The notes under the pieces were generated by a model. The model did not search any database and was not told where the DNA came from. It saw nothing but the letters and a program-made list of their open reading frames with translations. A stretch of 64,000 nucleotides of DNA from Adineta vaga (lineage: Eukaryota; Animalia; Rotifera), in the NCBI GenBank assembly GCA_021613535.1, contig CP075496.1, forward strand, positions 9,548,001 through 9,612,000, written 5' to 3'. The translations under genes and the position numbers were made by a program. Positions 37,191-50,993 of the stretch are shown piece by piece (within the stretch, counting starts at the first letter, position 1; every line of letters starts with the position of its first letter).

Positions 37191-38840
37191 AGTACTGTAT
37201 ATTTTATCAGTTTCAAAGAAGATTTGTTCAAATTCAAATTATATTTGTTGTATATCATAAAAGTATCCGGTTTTTGTTTCAATTTATAACTATGTTCTAA
37301 TATTCACTCAATAGTTTAGAGGAAAAGATAAACATCCATTTTATTGTCATTTTAAAACACAACAATAGAATTGAAAAATTGCGCAAAAACAAATGAAGAA
37401 GATCATATTATGCATATTGATATACCTAGTTCACTTTCGAGAACTATATGTAATTATATGAAAAGGTGTTCAATCAATCAATTGAAAAAAACGAAGTATT
37501 TTCACGAGTTGTCGTATTATGACTGTTTCAAAGTTTAATACCATTATTTTTTTTAATTGGATCGTCAGTTTCTTTAACAATTTCCCGAAATTTAGATATA
37601 AAAAATAATGATAATCAGGCACTGATTATAATGAATTCACAATGAATATCGTATCATTCTTATACCTACAATTCTTACATGTTTTAACATCGTATATATT
37701 CTAATAATAAAATTCTTTTTTTCTTTGAAAATGTCCTTGTTTATTACATACAAAATATATTATAATGAACAACACATTTTTAATCAATAACTAGTTATAC
37801 TAATGTAAAATGATGACTTTCAATTAGAACTCAAAGTATGCATATTCGTTTTATATCTATTAACAAGTTGAACAAAACAGCTCAGTTACAGAACAAACGA
37901 AAAATCATTCAATAGAATAAACAATTAAGAAACCTCTTTTTCTGTCTTAGTTTGTATATAAATTTAACCATGAAAATTTGAAATATACCATTTTTCTTTG
38001 TTTTCTATCAGCAACACGATCATATCAAATTACCGAAATGATTAAAAAAAGGAACTATGTTTCAATCAATTGATTTAATTGCCTTTGAAAAAAACGAAAT
38101 GTATAATAACTGTTTCAACATTTATATGATTTTAATTTTGAAGAGAATATATATATATATATTGTCTTGATGCATGACAACGTTGATTTTCGTGTTCTTT
38201 TGTTTCTTTGACACGGAAGCAAGCTATTTCTATTGAGGATTAATCATTATTGTCAATTATTTTCTTTATTTCACTGACGTCCGGTGACAAATAAAATGGT
38301 AAATTAAATAAATGCGTTTGTATCTGTATTTTGTTTACACCATCAACATGATTTTTAAAATACAAAATAGTCACATACGATGTACCAAAAGGTAATATAT
38401 GATTTTGTTGTGAAATGAATGGTTATTATTTTTTTAATAGAAAATTGGGATTTACCGGACAGATAAACATATATATATGAATCACTCGCATTTCGCTCTC
38501 CTTTTCATTTTGATATTTGAGAATGTCATCATTATGTCGAAATTCCATGGATGTTAGACTTGGAATTGCATAGTTCTTTTTCCAATTGATATGCTTCACA
38601 CTAATCAATGTGACATCCATCTTCAATTGGTAAAAATAAAATTTCCAACTGAATAACTCGGTAGTCGATTCTTCGCATACCAAAACAAACAAATACATTG
38701 AAAAGGAAAGAAATGCTGTCATATGAATACTCTCGCATATTGACAGCGTGTTTTCTTTTCATCTCATATATTTATTGATCAATCATTCTCTTTTAGATAA
38801 CTGAAATTAGCTTTTATCTGCTGACTGCTTGTGAATCTAT

Positions 38841-39820
38841 ATGGCAGACATAGGCGTCGCAGTTGTTGATAAGCTCCTTTCTGGTCTTGGCATGGCAGCA
38901 AAAAAGATTACAGTTACTGCTTCACGGGTGAAAGCAAATAAAGCTCAATCGACACGATTTGCTCAACGTGTGGAATTAGTTGTAGGATATGTTACTGATC
39001 AGGGCGCTGAAAAATTAATGAAATCTTCAATGAAAAATAGTCTTGAGAGTTTTCTTCTTTTCTTAGAAGAATGTGAAGGATTTATCGCAAAATTTAGCAA
39101 AAAAGGCTTTTTAGGCCGTATTTATTCTAATTCAAATCATGCTGACAAATTTCATCAATTAAATCTGGATCTTGATCGTTATATTCAAGACTTTTCTTTT
39201 GGTCTACATGTCAATATATTCAACAGAGTAATGCCCGAAAATAAGATGGATGCTCAATTAGATCTTATAGAAATCAATCAGATAGTAAATTAATATAGGA
39301 AAATCTCAGAGAAAAACACTTGATTATTGTTTAGATAAATACTCGTCGAACAGGAGTGCCTGTGCCAGCACCACCCGCACCGCTATCGAGGCTACCCGTA
39401 CAACCAAATGCTAACCCAACTGGTGGAATTCGATCCGGTATGCCACCTAATCCAACTGGTGGAATTCGACCCGGTGTGCCACCTAATCCAACTGGTTCTC
39501 ATGCAGTAAGTATTGAATTTATCTATATGTTAACATCACATACTTCATTTCATTTCATTTCATTTTCATATTTTAAGAACAAATCTGGGCATGATTCACA
39601 ACCACATAACAAAAACCTTCATGCACGACATAACTCTCTGAAACCGCCACATGGTCTTTTATATCATCATCACAACTCTCATGTACGAAATGATTCGATG
39701 TATCCACATCATCATTCTGATGCTCATCGTCAAAGACAAAATTCAGTAATGCCATTTCAGCAAGCCATTTATCCGTCGAGGATGCAATATTCGCATGGCA
39801 TGAATCAATTTTATCACTAA
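38841..39820 (+). CDS. MLKL N-terminal four-helix-bundle-like protein with Pro/His-rich tail, 285 aa
   Basis: Exons 38841-39284, 39335-39505, 39578-39820 (286 codons). VKANKAQSTRFAQRV..LESF..FLEECE.FI.KFSKK....R......F..LN..LD matches the MLKL_NTD/HeLo-like pattern. Confidence 0.7.
39413..39496 (+). repeat. 36-bp coding tandem repeat (NPTGGIRxGxPP, about 2.3 copies)
   Basis: aa(c/t)ccaactggtggaattcga..cggt.tgccacct repeated. Confidence 0.9.
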
Positions 39821-40667
39821 TTAAAGATTTTAAACTATTATTCATGAATATATCTTGAAAAGAAACGGTTGTATGAATCGTTGAGTCAGTTAGATATCAC
39901 GCAGTTTGTTTTTTGTAATGTCTATGAAATACGAACAAATACAATTAGATTAAAATATGTATCCGATAATCAGTTTCTATTCAAAAAAATTTACGATGTG
40001 AATACGATCTTTCGTGAAATTTTTTAATTCATTGAAAATTAGACAGAAGTGTAAAAGACAAATTTCATTTCATAAGTAATGATTCGTCACAAAGAAAGGA
40101 AGTGATATTTTTACTTGTAAAAGGCCAACCTTATTTAGTAATATACTGATTTGTGTGTCTTACTCATCGCGTGTATATACATGTTAAGAGAAAAAGAAAC
40201 TATCCGAACGAAAAATAACAAGTGTCGATAATAATTCGTATCTATAATATTCAATAACAAAGTAAATAAATTAGAATGAACTAGCTTTTATAGCAAGCAT
40301 CATCAAATGAACGAACTCATACTTTATTAATATTTGCAGTCTAGAACTTCATTCAGTTTCCTTATGAATATGAATAAGATACATTCTCGTATTTTAATTT
40401 GACTATGCGAATGCGAGGTAAACAATCGTTTTTGTCAAAACTTCATTGCCTATATCAATCAATAGTGACATCTAATGTTACTAAGGAGTCTCCTTCTTCT
40501 TTTTCTTCTTCAATCTTCCAATAGAAGAAAATGTTGAATCATTTTCTTCTTTTCGTATACCAAACCAAATAGTAATAGTATAATGATGAAAAAAAAACAC
40601 AAACTTATGTTGTTTATATCATTACGTTGTGTATTTCTCATAGTTTATTTCAGATAAATAGATAAAT

Positions 40668-41735
40668 ATGTCACTATTCTGTTACAATCGTGGTTGTCAA
40701 AAGAGCTTTACATTATCAAATGATCCATCTATAGATGATATCGCTTGTCAATATCATCCTGGTTTACCATATTTTCATGATGCCTATAAAATCTGGTCTT
40801 GTTGCCAAAAGAAATCTCATGATTTTAGTACATTTCTATCTATACCGGGTTGTACACGTGGTGCTCATCTAGCCACTAAACCTGAAGAACCAGCACCTAC
40901 TCGTCCAATTGAACAAGAACAAGTAACAACGCCTAAACCGTCAGTTCCTCGACAAGAAATGTCAAAACCTCAAGCATCTAATATTCAACGACCATCAATG
41001 GATGAACCATTGATTCCTATGAAATTAACTATCGCACCAAGTTTACAAGCTGCATTAGAAAAAGTATCTTCTACAACAAAAAGTGATACGAATCAAAACG
41101 AACAGAATAATGATGAAATTAAACCTGATACACCATGTAAACATGCAACATGTGGTGCTCGATATACAACCGTTGAACAAGAACAAGCAACACCATGTCG
41201 ATTTCATCCAGGTGTACCAATTTTTCACGAAGGTAGATATCAACTATATCTTAAAACGAAAGAAAGATAAATGTATCGTTCCCCTTCTTCTTTAGGTATG
41301 AAATATTGGTCATGTTGTCAAAAGAAAACAACAGATTTCGAATCATTTACTGCTCAACCTGGTTGTACTGAAGGTGAACATTTATGGCGAGCTGAAAGTC
41401 GTCTATCAACCGATGAAGATGATCTTGAAATGTTGAAAAAATCCTGTCGTTGTGATTTTCATCAACAAGGATCATCCGTCGTACTTAGTATTTATGCAAA
41501 AATGCCACGTCCAGCTCAAACTCAAGTTGAACTAAATGCTGGTCGTTTAAGAGTTAATACACAATTTGGTACAGATGCCCAAACAAAACGTTTTTTCAAC
41601 GAATGGGAATTGTTTGGATTAGTTGATGTTAATCAATCAACAGTGGAATTATTACAGACTAAAATAGAAATTTGTTTAAAAAAAGCAGAAGCACTTAGTT
41701 GGCCACGATTAGACCGACCATTACAACTAAGTTAA
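40668..41735 (+). CDS. CHORDC1: CHORD-containing Hsp90 co-chaperone (CHORD-CHORD-CS)
   Basis: CYNRGC..C.YHPG.P.FHD..K.WSCC; second CHORD C..HPG.P.FHEGMKYWSCC; CS domain; intron 41233-41295. Confidence 0.95.
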
Positions 41736-42227
41736 TAGTTAATTTGAAAGACAGATGCTGTTATGTGATTTTTATTTTATGGAGAGAATAAAAGAACAAT
41801 AGAAGATTTTACAAACTACAAAAAATAAAGTTCATCGATTACTAAATATAAATATTCTAATCTCATATGAAACAAATCTTTACTTTACACAGAGATTTCT
41901 TCTACAGAAGGCTATGAGAATGTAATTCTAACAGAGAATTTTCATTTCATCAAAATCAGTATACGATGAACATATTTATTATTTAATTATCAATTTACCC
42001 TTTTCTTTCTCCTTTTCTGCATGTCACATATTTTTTCTCAAGAACACATCCATTGATCAACTAGTCAAAACAGAATACCTGCTGTTGCCATCATTCTTTT
42101 TCTTGTTTTTCTATGGAATAAACCGCAATTTGTTTGTTAATTTCCTGAATAAAATATGTTGAGTTAGAATATCTCACTGGAAATGTAAAACATCATGTGA
42201 ATGAACATTAAATAATATAATACAAAT

Positions 42228-43302
42228 ATGAATGGTATGTCTTTGAATTTTATCGATGAAATTATTTCTATTCAATCATTCTTTAGGTTTCCAATTGCTA
42301 TTTCGTTCTTGTTGTTATTGTCGACGAAGGAAACGAATTGCTCATTTAAATTTTGATGATCCAACTACATCTTTTATTTATTCTGGTATTGATGCATTCA
42401 AAATTTCACGTTCTTCTAGACAGACTTTTATTATTGCTGATTTTGGTTCATCTTATGGACAAAATTCGATTCAAACAATGAAATCTATTATTGAATATCT
42501 TCGCAAAACGAATACATTTCTTGGAATACCTTTAATCATTCATAATGATATTCCTACGAACAATTGGTCAAGATTTTTTCAATTTCTTATCGATGATAAT
42601 TCATACTATGGTTTGGCTACTGGTCGTTCATTTTATGAACAATGTCTTCCAACAAATAGTCTTTCTATTGGTTTTTCATCGGCTTCATTACATTATCTTT
42701 CGAAAACACCTTGTCATCTAACAAATCATTGTTATTTTCAATTTTCTACAAGCATTGAACGTGAATTATTTCGAAATCAATCAAAACTTGATTGGAATAC
42801 ATTTCTTCAATATCGCTCTCAAGAATTAATTCCAGGTGGTATTCTTATTTTAAGCATTCCATGTGTTGATGAAAATGGTCAATTGCCTTTTGATTCATAT
42901 TTTGATCTAATCTATCAATGTGCTCAATCACTTTCAATATTAACATCCGAAGAATTATTACATTTTACTCTTCCATTTTATCTACGTTCTTTATCGGAAT
43001 GTGTTGATTTAGAATTATTCTATCGGTTTTCTTTGGAATTAATTCAAGTGGAATTTATTTGTTTGAAATCATTGATTTTCAATCAATATCGTAAGGGTGA
43101 TATAACAAAAGATCAATTTGCGAAATCGTTAACGATGTTAATGAGACCAGGAATTGAATTTGCATTAAAACAAGTATTACAAAATAATGGACGTTCGAAT
43201 CAAGAGATTGATCATATATCAACACAGTTTTGGTGTTTATATGAAAAAAAGATTAAAGAATTAAAAACCTATGCGACGTATTTAATTTTAAAGAAAAAAT
43301 AG
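42228..43302 (+). CDS. SAM-dependent carboxyl methyltransferase (SABATH / Methyltransf_7 family)
   Basis: IADFGSSYGQNS, HNDIPTNNW, GRSFYEQCLP.NSL..GFSS.SLH.LS, DW..FL..R..EL.PGG; 7-nt first coding exon 42228-42234, intron to 42286. Confidence 0.9.
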
Positions 43303-43443
43303 AACGATATACGAACATTGACACTGATTTTATTATTTATTAAATAATTAATATATTGATATGTTTACAATAAAAATAAAACATAAACATTTCTAGTGGA
43401 TGAGGCTTCTCAGAAACTCAATTAAATCAATATTCAAGATGAT

Positions 43444-46385
43444 TCAATTGAATACAGGTTTATTTTTCAGGTTTTCATGAACATGTAAAATCTCATAATC
43501 TAATACATCCAGAGTTGGATTATGTATAATTCGATTTTGATTGATAGTATTCACTGTTGATGATCTAAATTGTTCGTGAAAATCAAAATTAGTTTTCTTT
43601 CTTTATCGTTTATATCTTACTTTTCATCATTACAAAACAAATCTCTAGCATTCAATGCTGCTAAATCTGCTTGATGCACAACTGATGGAATAGCTTCGGT
43701 TGCTATTGATCGAGGATCAGTAAAACATAGATGATAAGTTAATAATTGTAACTCATCAACTGTGAAACTAATTTCATCAAGAAGAACATGATAGAGTGGT
43801 GGATGATTAACACCTTGATATGCATTATGAGAATTTAAATAGAAATTATGTTGATACGGATGAACAATTGTTGTATCGATGACACAACCAATGGACATAT
43901 TATCGGTTTCTTCCGAGGATTTTTTTGATTTCGTATGGCGAAAATTTCCATTGGGATGATACGTAAAAAAACGTGTATAGTGACGTTTTTTAACAATAAT
44001 AAAGGTAAGAAGCGGATGATTTACTTTCTCACCGTATATTTCTAGAAATAGATAGACTATTATTATTGTTAGAAGAATGGTACAAATAATTTACGATCAA
44101 ATGCGTGACGAATAGCTGGTATTTCATATTCCAGAACTTTAATGAATTGTCCATCACTAACGCCTAAATAGACAACTTATTTTCTGTGAAGAATTCAACA
44201 ACGAACATTTCTGTACCATCTCGATAGAAGATAATTTTATTTGGATAAGTTCCATTCATTTCTTTATAATACTGTAAGAGTTCGTAAACCATTTCTTTCA
44301 TACCAAGAATTGTTTCAATGGAACATTTACCTTGCTTGGGATATTGTTTACAAACACGAACTGCTGTTGTCGAACATGATGAATTTCCCGAACCGACAAT
44401 TGCTAAAAATGAACGCATTGTTTCATTTACATACACGTTCGACAATCTTCTACCTGCAATCGATGGACGTTGCCAAGTAATATTCGTTGGATGTATAACA
44501 TCCGCACCAAAAAACATTAGGAAATCTTTGGAAAACTTTCGATTGTTCAGTGCACTAGTCAGATCAACTATTGTATTTATCCCACCATTTTTATGATTGA
44601 TTTTTCGAACTAAATTTTCACAAAGACTTCTCAATGATTTCTCATCGGATGTTATTTCTGAAAAGAGAACACATTGAGTCATGATACCTATAAGATTAAA
44701 TAGAAAAATCTATTGATGAAATCGAATTAAAATTGATATTTTACCATAAATTAATGTTCCACATTTCTTAATATTCACTCTTAATTGTGTTAAATTATCT
44801 TCATAATTTTCATTCATAACACAAACAATAAAATGACAATTTCGTTCCACCATTGAAGAAAAATACTCATCGATTTCTTCGAAAACCGGCTCGACAACAT
44901 ATTCTTCATGACTTTCATATATATTATACCGTTTCAACGTCTACGATAAATAAAGTGGAAGAGTTTTTCCAGAGAAAATCATACACTTACTTCAACTAAT
45001 TTGTCTGCAAAGTTTCTAAAATAATATTTATTTTCTTTAAAATAAGTACCTATATATGTAATACCTAACGCTAGGATTGGTTTAGGTACATATAAATGTC
45101 CATCAAGAAAGATTCGACCATTATTAATCCGAGAATAATGATATAAATCTGATCTAATATAGGGTTCAGGTAAAATTCGTGCATTGAATTGTAACATTTC
45201 TTCGTCAACAACGTGAAAACCAATGTTTTGACAAAGTACATTCGTATTATAGTTACACTCTTGGAGTGTATCTTTAATTTCGTAGTATCGTTCTTCTGGA
45301 GAAGGAATTTTTTTTCCACATTCATGTGTATGACGTAACTGAAAGAAAGAAATAAGTTGAAACCTGTATTATGTCTGTAGCTATCCAACTGAACTTACTG
45401 TTTCATCATAGACAGTCCATTCTTTAATTCTACAAACTTCTAATGGTAAATGACATGGATGGTCATAATCTCTTCGATATACTTGAACACATGGATAATT
45501 GAGTTTTGTTAATTTAATTTTTAATTTATCTCGATAATAATCAGTTAATAAATCACCTTTTTCCAGCGAAATTTCATTTGGACATCGTGAATCAAAACGA
45601 TCAAAATCATATTCAGTCTTCCATCTCGATTGTTGCGTAATAATAATACAATTTTTCAATAGATTATTCAATCTTCGATAATCATGATTAGTTGGTATTC
45701 GATTAGAACCGATTTGTCGTTCAATAAAATCTAATAAAGAAATATTTGAGTAAAATGTCGTCAATTTTGTATAAATATTTAATGTTATTTTTCGAGAAGA
45801 AAGATTTAATGTTTGAATAAATCCATATCGTTGTTCAAAACCATTGTCCAATTGGATCGGTGATTTATTAAGAAAATAACATTTATTTTTTACAACTTTA
45901 ATTCGATCTTGCAATGATCGTTTTAGAAGAATTTCAATAATACGTACTGCATCATTAGGATATATTTTCGTTCGGTTATAAATATAATCATTGATATCAT
46001 TCGTTTTCCATTGATTTACTAATGATTTGATATTCAAACGATGTCGATTATTTGTTGCGAGTTTAATTTGTGATTCTAAATAAGCGGTACTGTATAAACA
46101 TTTACGTTCATCATACCAAACGAAAATATTTGGTATTAATTGATGACTGGAAATCATTGATTGCATCATTGATGCACATTGTGAACGATTTTCACATTCT
46201 TTCCACATATTAGATTTTATATCGAGCTGTTCGATTGCAACATGATATTGATAAAGAGAAATATTATTATCGAGAATACATGTGAAATGGTTTGTATATA
46301 GACGTTCTGTTTGACCAGGTGAATTTGTTGATGGAGGACGAGCAGGTATTTCAAAGGAATCAGTAGTTTGTCTATTAGATGCCAT
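43444..46385 (-). CDS. Divergent Argonaute (N-PAZ-MID-PIWI), 853 aa, 8 exons
   Basis: Exons 46385-45399, 45338-44991, 44940-44745, 44687-44454, 44402-44217, 44163-44095, 44041-43621, 43564-43444 (854 codons). LYTNHF, LPLEVC, KINHKNGGIN, FFGADVIHP, FYRDGVSDGQF, VKKRHYTRFF, FYLNSH, PSVVHQADLAA. Confidence 0.92.
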
Positions 46386-46907
46386 TAGGAGTTTTAAAAT
46401 GAAATGACATCGTTTTGTTTGTTCTGTTCCGATAATGAGTTTAGTCAGATAAAAATGTAAAAAAAAACTATCCGGAAGAAGTACCTAGATTAACTCTAAT
46501 GAATGATGGATCTCTCATTTTGAAAGTACGAAAGATTATCTTTTTAGGAAATATTCAAAGTCGAACAGACCAATGATCCGTATTATTTTTTTAGTAATCT
46601 CAGATATCGGAGTTGAGCTAATTAGTAATAAGAAAATGAAATTATCGTTCTTTCTTTTCTATTGCGAATATATCTTGTGTATAGATATGAAAATCTTCTT
46701 AATGAATTCGTATTTGAACGAAATATAGATAGCGGTAGATATTTAAGGAACACTATAACAGATAATTTATCATGACATATTAATGCATTTACAACAACAT
46801 AAGCTATTATTGGTTGAGTGAAAAGAACCAATTGAAATGGTTATATGTTGCAAAAGAATCAGCTTTTATTTTTGAAATTTCACTTTTTTGTCGAAACGAA
46901 AGACGAA

Positions 46908-49900
46908 ATGATGGCAACGTGTTTTCCCGGTGTTTTAAATCCGTTTTGTCGTCAACCAATTTGTATCTCTTCATGTTCAGATCAAGTTGCATTGGCAACT
47001 TCATCATCATTAGTCTATCTTTATTCATTTTCAAATCAAACGTTTTCATTTCTAACGAAATTTTCTCCTCATTCAAAATCTTTATCATGCATGATTTTCC
47101 ATCCAACCATTCCCAATTTATTAGTGACTGGTGGTGCTCCAAATTCTCGAATTGTTCTATGGTCAATCGACGGAAAAACTGTTCAGAAACAGGCAACATT
47201 TAATTTACAAAGAGTAAGTAGAAAGCCTCTGATTTTCTTGAGGTAGGTTCAAAATGAAAGAGATGGTAAAGAATGAAATGAATTCTATTTTCTTTTTGTT
47301 CCAGAGACCAAATGCATTAGTTTGGTTATCAGATGAAGAATTAATTATTGGAGATGAACATGGAAATATCTATCGATGGAGTAAAACAGATCAAAAATTG
47401 AATAAATTTATTAATCAATCTTTATCAGAAAAACAAAATGATGAAGTTCAATTATTTTCTATTGCAAATAGACAAAAATTTATTCTCGCAGTCGCGTAAG
47501 AACATTCTTTTTCAACTTTAGTTTATTTATCTTAATTATTCTTTATTTAGATTTAAATCAGGTCTTATCTATATCTGTCATGTTGATCTCGAAAAAAATC
47601 AGTTGAATTCCTTGCATAAATTATCACCTGATACACCAAATAGCATATGTTGTTCAATACAATTTGCTCATGTCGATTGTTCATTAGGTATAAATCTAAT
47701 TTGCTCTTGAAAAAATTGAAAATTCAATGTTTTCTTTTATTAATATATTTTAGAACGAAGTACACTTCTTTATATCAGTTATGGATATGGTTGTATTAAA
47801 GTATGTGATTATACAAATGGAAAAATTCTTGGTCAATTAATGCTAATCAAACAAACGAAAAATATGAATATGCATGATTTAAGATCAAAAACGTATTATC
47901 CCCTTGCATGGATTGATTCAGATACATTATTAACTGGAAATATTGAGTAAGAATAAAGATTGAAATTTCATTTTCTTTGAAGCAATGAATTTATTTTAGT
48001 GGTCATTTAATCAAGATTGATGTTCGTCATTCATCTCATTTAGAAAAATCTTTATTTAATGTAACACCACCCGTATCAGGTGGTAAACCAGTTTTTGCAA
48101 TCGTTATTAAAGATGGAAAAACTTTGTTTACATATTCATACAATCGAAAAGTAAGTTTTCGTTAACTTAAATTTTCTTTCATTAAAATCAAATCTTATCT
48201 TTAGTTATGCGTCTACGAGCTTCCATCATTGACATTGATTAATTCTCTTGTCTCCATTCCTGGTTCTATCAACGCTATTCAAGCATGTCCATTACAAACA
48301 AGTTAGAATTATTTTTCTTTCTCACATATCATTTGTTCTTGATCTCTCGTTTTATTTCAGGTTGTATTGCATTAGGTGTTGATACAGGAAATATCGGTGT
48401 TTTGGATTTATCTTCAGCAAATACACCATCACTTTCATTTCTTTGGCAATCAATTCCTGCTGATGTTTGCCATTTAGCATGGCATACGGTGCGTGAAGGT
48501 CGAATTGCTTATTCAACACGTATGGGTCATGTTGCACTTTATGATACATTAACAGGACGTTCACGTGTTGTCTATGATTGGAAATATACACAACCAGGAT
48601 CACCAACGAATGTTCTATGGGGTCCATTAATACCTAGTTTTACAGAAGATCGAACATTGGCTATACTGTATTCAATTGGTGATGGAAAACTTCATCGATG
48701 GGATAGTCCCGAGAAAAATTGTCTACCAGCAGATTTAACAGCATTAGTGAATGAAGTAAGAATGAAGAAAAACGAAAAGATAAATAGAGAATATGTCATT
48801 GAATATTTTAGTCGAGTACTAGCTCAATACTGAACGCAGCATTTAGTGATGATCAGAAATATATATCTGTAATTTGTTCTGATAGGTAAAAATTTATTTG
48901 ATTACTGTATTCTCTGTAAAATTTGAATATATTTAGTACTTTACTCATTCGTTCATGTCCATCTTTATCGTCAGTTCATCGTCTTTCGATCAATTGTTTA
49001 CCAACTATTCTTCAATATCATCCTCGCTATTTACTTTCATCCGTGGATGTATCATCTAAACAATATTGGCTTGCTGTTAACAATAAACATAATATTCGAG
49101 TGATCGATACTGCAGGTAATTCATTTGATATTCAACTTCTTTGATTGCAAATAATTTTGTTTTTTTATTTGATAGAATCAAATTCATGTATTCTCAAAGA
49201 TCTTCAAGGTCATACTGGTGATATTGAATGTTTAGCTTGGAGTCCATCGATTGATTATCTTCTTGCATCAGGATCACAGGATAAAACAATTCGTGTATGT
49301 TCTTTTTCTTTCTTTATAGTTATTTGAATTGAATTCTTTTCATTAATTGTATTAGTTATGGAATGTTGAAACTGGTTCTCCGTTAAATATTTATATTGAA
49401 CATTCTGATGCTATTCTTTCATTGATATTTTCATCATCAGATTCTAATTATATTCTATCTGGTTCACGTGATCAATCGTTACATATCTGGCACATTGAAC
49501 AACAAACACAATCATCTGATCAAGCATTACCAACTAATACAATTGACGAAGAAGAAGAAATAGAAATGAATAATAATAGTGGAAGTAAAAAACGACATAC
49601 TAAACCAAGGCCGAATCGAGCTGAACGTGAAAAGAAACGAGCAGCAAAGGTAATGTGCAATCTTCTATTTAATACAGAAATAAAGATCCATTTTTTAATA
49701 TTTAGACAACGACAAATGAAATGAATGGTGAGCAAAATGGTGGTCTTGCTTCATCGACAAATAGTACAATGAATGAATGTAAGTTACATATTATTATAAC
49801 GATTATAGTATTTATATTCGTTCTTTCCAGTAAATTCATTAGCGTATCGTTTATTATGGCCATCGGAAACAGATCGTCAATCGATTTCAGGTACATTCGT

Positions 49901-50474
49901 GTAGAAACTGAAATGAATGAAAATTATGTTTTTTATTATCTATAGATTTATCATCATTACCAGATAAAACATGTTTGATTGAAAGAATAAAACAACAAAG
50001 TATATCTCTTCGTTCTGTCAACCGTTCTTTCGACTATCATAATTTTTATTTAGATTTAAACGATTTCATTTATCATTTGCTTTATTGGTCAGGTGAATAT
50101 GCGCAATTATCAGCAGAACTATGTCAAGGAAAACTTACATCTTCTCCTCATCTTTTCTTTTGGATGACAATTCTAAATAGTTCCAATGAAATACAATCTT
50201 TGTATGACCGAACTTTCAATTGGATTTCAGAAAATAATGAAAATCATATGTTAGAATTTATAACAATGATGGTGAAAGCAAAACGAACACAAGAATTATT
50301 AGAATATCTCATCAACAATGATCATATCGAGTATGCTTTCTTTTCTTTCATTTTCTTTCATTTTCTTCTTTATTGTTTTGTAGGACTTCACTTTTATTGG
50401 CTATATTATTAGAATGTATTGATCAAATTCGAGATCGTATATCGAATTCAACACCTATTGAAGAAACTCTGTGA
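46908..50474 (+). CDS. GEMIN5: Gem-associated protein 5-like WD40 protein (multi-exon)
   Basis: Many WD40 exons; IALGVDTGNIGV..LWQSI...V..LAWH..REGRIAY....G.V.LYD matches the Gemin5 pattern; LQGHTGDIECLAWSP..LLASGSQDKTIR. Confidence 0.7.
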
Positions 50475-50577
50475 TACTCATACCGTTGTTTTTTATTATT
50501 ATATTATTTTTAAAGCAGATTAAAATAAAAACAACAGAGATTTGATATGATAAATGTTTCATTGAATATTCATCATC

Positions 50578-50870
50578 AAAGTGCTGTATGGTTGTCTTCT
50601 CTTTAATCACTGACACCCTGTATCGAAATATCGAATATTCTGATTGGCTACATCGACAGTTGATTCATGCACTTTAATCTGCGCCATATGAAGAGAAAAA
50701 AAGATAAGAAAACAGATAGAAACACAATCGACCGTTCGTTTAATAAAATGATAATGACATCGTTACTCATGCACTGCATATTTTCGTTTCGTTCTGACTT
50801 TTTCTCATACAGATCTAATTAGATGCGGTTTTGCTTTGATGATTTTGTAAAGATATTCGCACATTTTCGC
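50578..50870 (-). pseudogene. Remnant of a tandem Rab paralog (5' end plus duplicated upstream DNA)
   Basis: ATG 50687 gives MAQIKVHESTVDVANQNIRYF, resembling [21 protein letters not shown]; 50685-50870 resembles 51981-52140. Confidence 0.55.
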
Positions 50871-50993
50871 TAATATATTAAAAAAAACAAGATCAATACA
50901 AAAAAAACACGTCTATTTTATTTTGTCTTCTCACTATTAGAAATAAATAGAACGAAAAATAATCTTTTTCCAGTACATGTCAACGTTTTAAGA

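Noticed and set aside
46807-47203. Overlapping ~130-aa ORFs on both strands
   Set aside because: Shadows of the first GEMIN5 exon.
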